Assembly (NCBI RefSeq): GCF_027921745.1
Contig: NC_079240.1
Span: 434,001-498,000, forward strand
Origin: Schizosaccharomyces osmophilus
Lineage: Eukaryota
Reading direction: 5' to 3'
Length of the DNA stretch: 64,000 bases
A program made the translations under genes and the position numbers. Position 1 is the first letter of the stretch; each line of letters opens with the position of its first letter. This document shows, in pieces, positions 59,901 through 64,000 of the stretch. Under the pieces are notes generated by a model. It saw only the letters and a program-made list of their open reading frames with translations, made no database searches and was not told the origin of the DNA.

Positions 59901-61752
59901 AGTTTTGTATGCGCCTGTTTTGGCAGATACCGAAGTAATTGAACTCGAAGTAATGGATTATGAGGAATCTGGACATGATAAATCCTTAGGATATGCCAAA
60001 GTTCCTATTAAAAGCTTCAAGGATGCTGCAAATAAGGTCGGAAAAACTGAAATGGCTAATCGACTTTTTGGTACTGATGAGGTTGAGGCACTGAAGTTGG
60101 TTTCCCGTAAGGGAAGCTCAACCCGTGCAACCTTAACGATCAATTGTGATTTCCGCCCTTGTCTAAGGTTTCCATCGGATGATGAACCTTCTAGCAAGGA
60201 AGAACAGAACAAGCTTACCACCGCTGAACCTGTGAATGACAAAGCAGAAATTTCTAGTATTATTAGTGTTAGTGAAGCTACCAAGTATCCTTCTGGCATT
60301 TCCATGATGACAGTTAAGTCAGCTGAACTTCAGACTGAGGGAATAGAATTGAGAGTGTTTACTGATAATGCCGCCTTCCCGTGCTTGAAAACTGGTGCAG
60401 CTGGAAGCAAAACACCTCGTTGGTCTGCCTTTGGTTTATCTATGATTAGGGAACTCGAGTATTCTGAAACCACATTTCAGTTAACTGATGGTTCGTCCAA
60501 AAATCCAAAGATTATAGTTGAACATACCGAAAAAACGTCAAAACTTATTAGCGAATCTTTGGGTCATGTATATTCAGTCGATATTCAAGGATCAAATGGT
60601 GAAGTTAGCAGAGTTCGGATTTCGATGGACTATCTTCCTGTACCTATGCTTTTGAACCCAGTCGAGAGCTTTATTAACACAGGTTTGTTGCATTTCAACT
60701 TGTATAGTGGAAAAGATCTTCCTATAGGTGATATCCGATCCTCGGATCCTTTCGTTTCATTAAAGACGAACGATAAGGAAGTTTACAAGAGTAAGGTCAT
60801 TAAGAAGAACTTGAACCCTGTTTGGAACGAAGAAACCGATGTCGTTATTCAAAACCGTGCGTTGGACGTGTTTAAATTAGTTTGCTTTGATTGGGATGTG
60901 GGTGAGGCTGCTGATGTTTTAGGTAGTCACCTTATAGATCTTCTTGCATTGGAGCCGAACGTTCAATCGCAGCATGAACTAAACCTCGATGGAAAACGAG
61001 GGCAGATTAGTGTTGGCATGAGGTTTGAACCTGCTTGGTATCGAAGATCTCCTGAATTGGATGTTTCCCTTGCTGACAATTTCTTTTCTGTTGCTGATAA
61101 AGGTGCCAAATTTTTGGTAGGGGGTATCGGAGCTGCTGGTGGTTTTGCCTTAAATGGTGTTGGTTCTGCTGGTGGCCTTGCACTAAACGGTGTTGGCACT
61201 GCTGGTGGCCTTGCACTAAACGGTGTTGGCACTGCTGGTGATCTCGCCTTAAGCGGTGTTGGTGCTGCCGGTGGTTTGGGTGGTAAAGCCGTATCTGGAT
61301 TTGCCGGGACAGGAAAGAATTTGTTTAAGGGTGTTACTGGAAAAGGGTCTAAGGCCAGTCGAAGCAATGAGCAAGGCGATGCTATGAGCACGCAAACTGA
61401 TTCAACGTTTGGACCAAGATTGTCAGCCGGCAAGCAAGAGCCTTCAAAATTCAAACTCTTTGTTACGACTGGTAGTGATTGTCCTTATAAGCTTGTTAAG
61501 GTTGTAATTACCGATAAGCAAGGTCGTTCATATAAGACAAGATCACACAAAGGTCCTTCTCCCGAGTGGAATGAGCATATACCTGTTGGATATAATCCGG
61601 GTGATAATTTGCATGTTTCTTTAATTATTTCTAACTTAATTGGGCACAGTAAATTTGGTGAAGCTACTTTTAGCGAAGCTACCGTGGGTACCTTTAAGGT
61701 CCCCTTTGAAGGCACCGCTACTTCAGTGGAGATGAGAGTTGAACCTGTATAA
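56904..61752 (+). CDS. tcb1: Tricalbin (TM + SMP + multiple C2) ER-plasma membrane tether, 2 exons, about 1562 aa
   Basis: Exon 56904-57065 and intron 57066-57225 (GTAAGT..CTAAC..TAG) join in frame to ORF 57235. ETMEWFN and FTLGSKAPRI (SMP); DPYVRV and SSDPFV...KKNLNPVWNE (C2). The family is secure, the paralog symbol less so. Confidence 0.8.
57253..57780 (+). repeat. Coding tandem repeat, 4 x 132 nt (44 aa)
   Basis: Units start at 57253, 57385, 57517 and 57649; 57427-57535 is identical to 57559-57667. Confidence 0.95.
61135..61266 (+). repeat. Coding tandem repeat, 4 x 33 nt (11 aa, AGGLALNGVGT)
   Basis: Units at 61135, 61168, 61201 and 61234; the middle two are identical. Confidence 0.92.
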
Positions 61753-62035
61753 ATTTGTATCAATGTTTCGTCTCTATCTTATATAAACAGAATAATTTTT
61801 TGTACCATTGTCAATTTGCTATGTCTTAATTTGCTTACACAGCAGTATTGATTATCTAATTGCTAATATAGAATGAAATGCGATTTTTAAACGCAGAAAA
61901 AAGACTCTATTTGTTAAATTAAAGATCGTAAAACTATTCAGAATAACCAAACTGCAATAGACATTAGCTGTATATATATATAAAAAACACTCAAAAAAAA
62001 AATGCAAAGTACAATACATTTAGGGAATAATTTAA

Positions 62036-64000
62036 TTAAAGATTTTGAATGTAATCTTCCGCTCGCTTTCCTTCTTTCAGAAGCCATTCAATCTGACGTT
62101 CGCATTCTTCTTCGAAAACTTTAGCACATTTCGCATACTGATATTTAATCCAATGCTCTACTGTCATAGTTAATTCTTCCTCCGTGAGATCCTCTGATTC
62201 TGGAGATTTATTCGCAGGAGTTTCTAAAAGGCTAGAGAAGTCAACTGGTTCCCACGGAGGAACTGAAGGCTTAATAGACGGTGGAGCAGGTTTAGTTTTC
62301 ATGGGTGTAAGAGGAGCCAGAAAAGAAGATTGGGAGAGAGGATCGAATGGACTATTTGACGTATCGTCCACAAATTTAGATGGAGAGGCTGAAAATTCCG
62401 GAAGCTCATCCAGATGTTTGTGATCTTTTGGAGTGCTATGCAAAGAATGTTTAATTTCAAATTTATCTGTTTCTTCAAAGGGGGTTTGTGACAGGAGATT
62501 GGCTTTTCCTAACGAATCCGATGTTTCCTTGAAGCCCATAGACTCGCTCTCTTCTTTTTCCGGAAGTATATTTGCTTGTCTATTTCCATTAATATCAAGA
62601 CTTGGTTCTTTAATTTTACTCTCGGAAAGCCTAGGTACTTCCAATCCTTTCTCAGAGTATCCCATGCCTTTGGAAAAGGCACTCTCTGAATCGTGGAATA
62701 CCTCACCAGCAGTAGGTGAATTTGTATTTACGTCCGCTGATGCATTCCCCTTAGGCGTCCATTCTTCTTCATTTTTAGAATTCGACAAAGCCTCGGTTTG
62801 AGAGTCCGGTAAAGCTGTGCCTTCACTTATTGATGAGTTCTTCGAAACAGTTGATGGACGCTTTAATGCGGTTCTCTCTATATTTGTCAGATTTTGAAGC
62901 GGCTTAGAGTCATGGTAATCTCCTTTATTGCTTAAGGTTTTCGTTCCGCTAGAACTTCGTTCACGAACATTATGCTTGGGAGACGAATTTATCATTAAAC
63001 TTGCATTTAGTATTCCGCTGTCATTGTTTTTTGAAGTTGCGTCTCTGGGAGGAGTGATTGAGGAGGCAGTCAGAGTATCTGATTCAATGACAGACTCTCT
63101 ACCAAAATCTGAGGTTGGAGTATGTACAGCCTCAAAACTGGAGGATGATGAATTATCTCTCGAAGACGAAACAGGAGGCTTTTCACTCTTGTTTTCGATT
63201 TTATTTGATGATTCATCTTTTTTCTCTAGTGTAAGCTTCGTAGACTCAAGTAATCCAGCTAAAGGTTCATCGTCATTAGTCATAAAGGAAGATCCATGCT
63301 TATCAAACGAAGGATTCTGAGGAAAGTCTTCAAATATACTTGTTTCCGCAGAAAAGGCTTCTAATTCAGATTCACTAGAAGCCGGTTGGTTTTTTGGGTC
63401 ATTAAGTGTGAGGTATTCAGAAGAAAGCTGTCTTTTAGCAGTTGGAAGGGTAGATTCTGGTGCAACATCCATTTGCTGCTGATTAGGAGCATTTTCTGTT
63501 TCCGACGATTTTCTTTTTTTAGACACATGAGGGCTTCCTTCAGGGGGTTTGAAATTAGCGATCGGTTCAGTAGAAAATGTGGTGTTTGAAAATCTCATTG
63601 AGGGAGCATCCTTAGGTTCGGTATTAGTGGAATAATTCACGGAGTTCTCTTTGCTATTTAATTCTCCAGCATCTTCTTGGATAGGCGGTAGATTAGTAGC
63701 CATAGGAGAATGAATTGAATGGTAACTTTCATCGGTTCTATTAGGAGAAGGAGGAGTTGAAGGGGGTAAGGTATGGTTGAAAGGAATATGGGAGCCATTC
63801 ATATAAGATGGATATTCTTGTTCCCGGTTAAACTTTTTGGGAGTGTTTGAGGGATATTTGGGAGGGCTTGACCTGAAATCGGGCTGATCATCCTCATCTT
63901 CGTCAGAGAAAATAGGCCTAGCGGGCTTGAAAACTGCGTCTTTCGATTTTTTATTCACTTGTTTCCCTCTCCTTTTAGGAGAAGTAATCACAGCAGGTTT
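62036..64000 (-). CDS. bir1: Survivin homolog Bir1, C-terminal part; BIR domains lie beyond the right edge
   Basis: Frame is open to the window edge; long S/T-P-rich linker; PPWEPVDF and LTEEELTMTVEHWI...EGKRAEDYI C-terminal helix typical of fungal Bir1. Confidence 0.85.
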   Translation of the reverse strand, partial: KPAVITSPKRRGKQVNKKSKDAVFKPARPIFSDEDEDDQPDFRSSPPKYPSNTPKKFNREQEYPSYMNGSHIPFNHTLPPSTPPSPNRTDESYHSIHSPMATNLPPIQEDAGELNSKENSVNYSTNTEPKDAPSMRFSNTTFSTEPIANFKPPEGSPHVSKKRKSSETENAPNQQQMDVAPESTLPTAKRQLSSEYLTLNDPKNQPASSESELEAFSAETSIFEDFPQNPSFDKHGSSFMTNDDEPLAGLLESTKLTLEKKDESSNKIENKSEKPPVSSSRDNSSSSSFEAVHTPTSDFGRESVIESDTLTASSITPPRDATSKNNDSGILNASLMINSSPKHNVRERSSSGTKTLSNKGDYHDSKPLQNLTNIERTALKRPSTVSKNSSISEGTALPDSQTEALSNSKNEEEWTPKGNASADVNTNSPTAGEVFHDSESAFSKGMGYSEKGLEVPRLSESKIKEPSLDINGNRQANILPEKEESESMGFKETSDSLGKANLLSQTPFEETDKFEIKHSLHSTPKDHKHLDELPEFSASPSKFVDDTSNSPFDPLSQSSFLAPLTPMKTKPAPPSIKPSVPPWEPVDFSSLLETPANKSPESEDLTEEELTMTVEHWIKYQYAKCAKVFEEECERQIEWLLKEGKRAEDYIQNL

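Noticed and set aside
60963..61454. Pro-rich repetitive 163-aa antisense ORF
   Set aside because: Mirror of the Gly-rich 33-nt repeat in the tricalbin.

Overview
Gene-dense, AT-rich eukaryotic DNA from a fission yeast. Short introns with CTAAC-type branch points, Homol D/E promoter boxes and recognisable proteins point to Schizosaccharomyces, but the proteins have diverged from S. pombe as I recall it, so this is probably the S. octosporus/cryophilus/osmophilus group; I cannot fix the species from sequence alone. Gene order matches my recollection of an S. pombe chromosome III block: nap1 (partial), vps3, coy1, rpl17, bis1, cif1, brl2, sec8, kcs1, tRNA-Ser, raf2, erv29, two tRNA-Tyr, rpl36, mob2, cbr1, a GH76 gene, mis18, rad16, prp11, cwf23, an OXLD1-like gene, med31, a Psg1-like membrane protein gene, tdp1, mug190, eEF2, rpl35a, a tricalbin and bir1 (partial). 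This is mostly housekeeping DNA: I saw no transposon, LTR, 5S rDNA, wtf gene or clear new multi-gene system. The best leads are a GC-rich, pseudoknot-capable intergenic island at about 7651-7756 (candidate ncRNA), a recent 4 x 132-nt coding repeat and an 11-mer Gly-rich repeat in the tricalbin, a GC-AG intron in coy1, an identical divergent tRNA-Tyr pair, and unusual residues in uL22 and eEF2. Gene names come from recognising the proteins and recalled synteny, not from database searches; exon boundaries were traced by hand.
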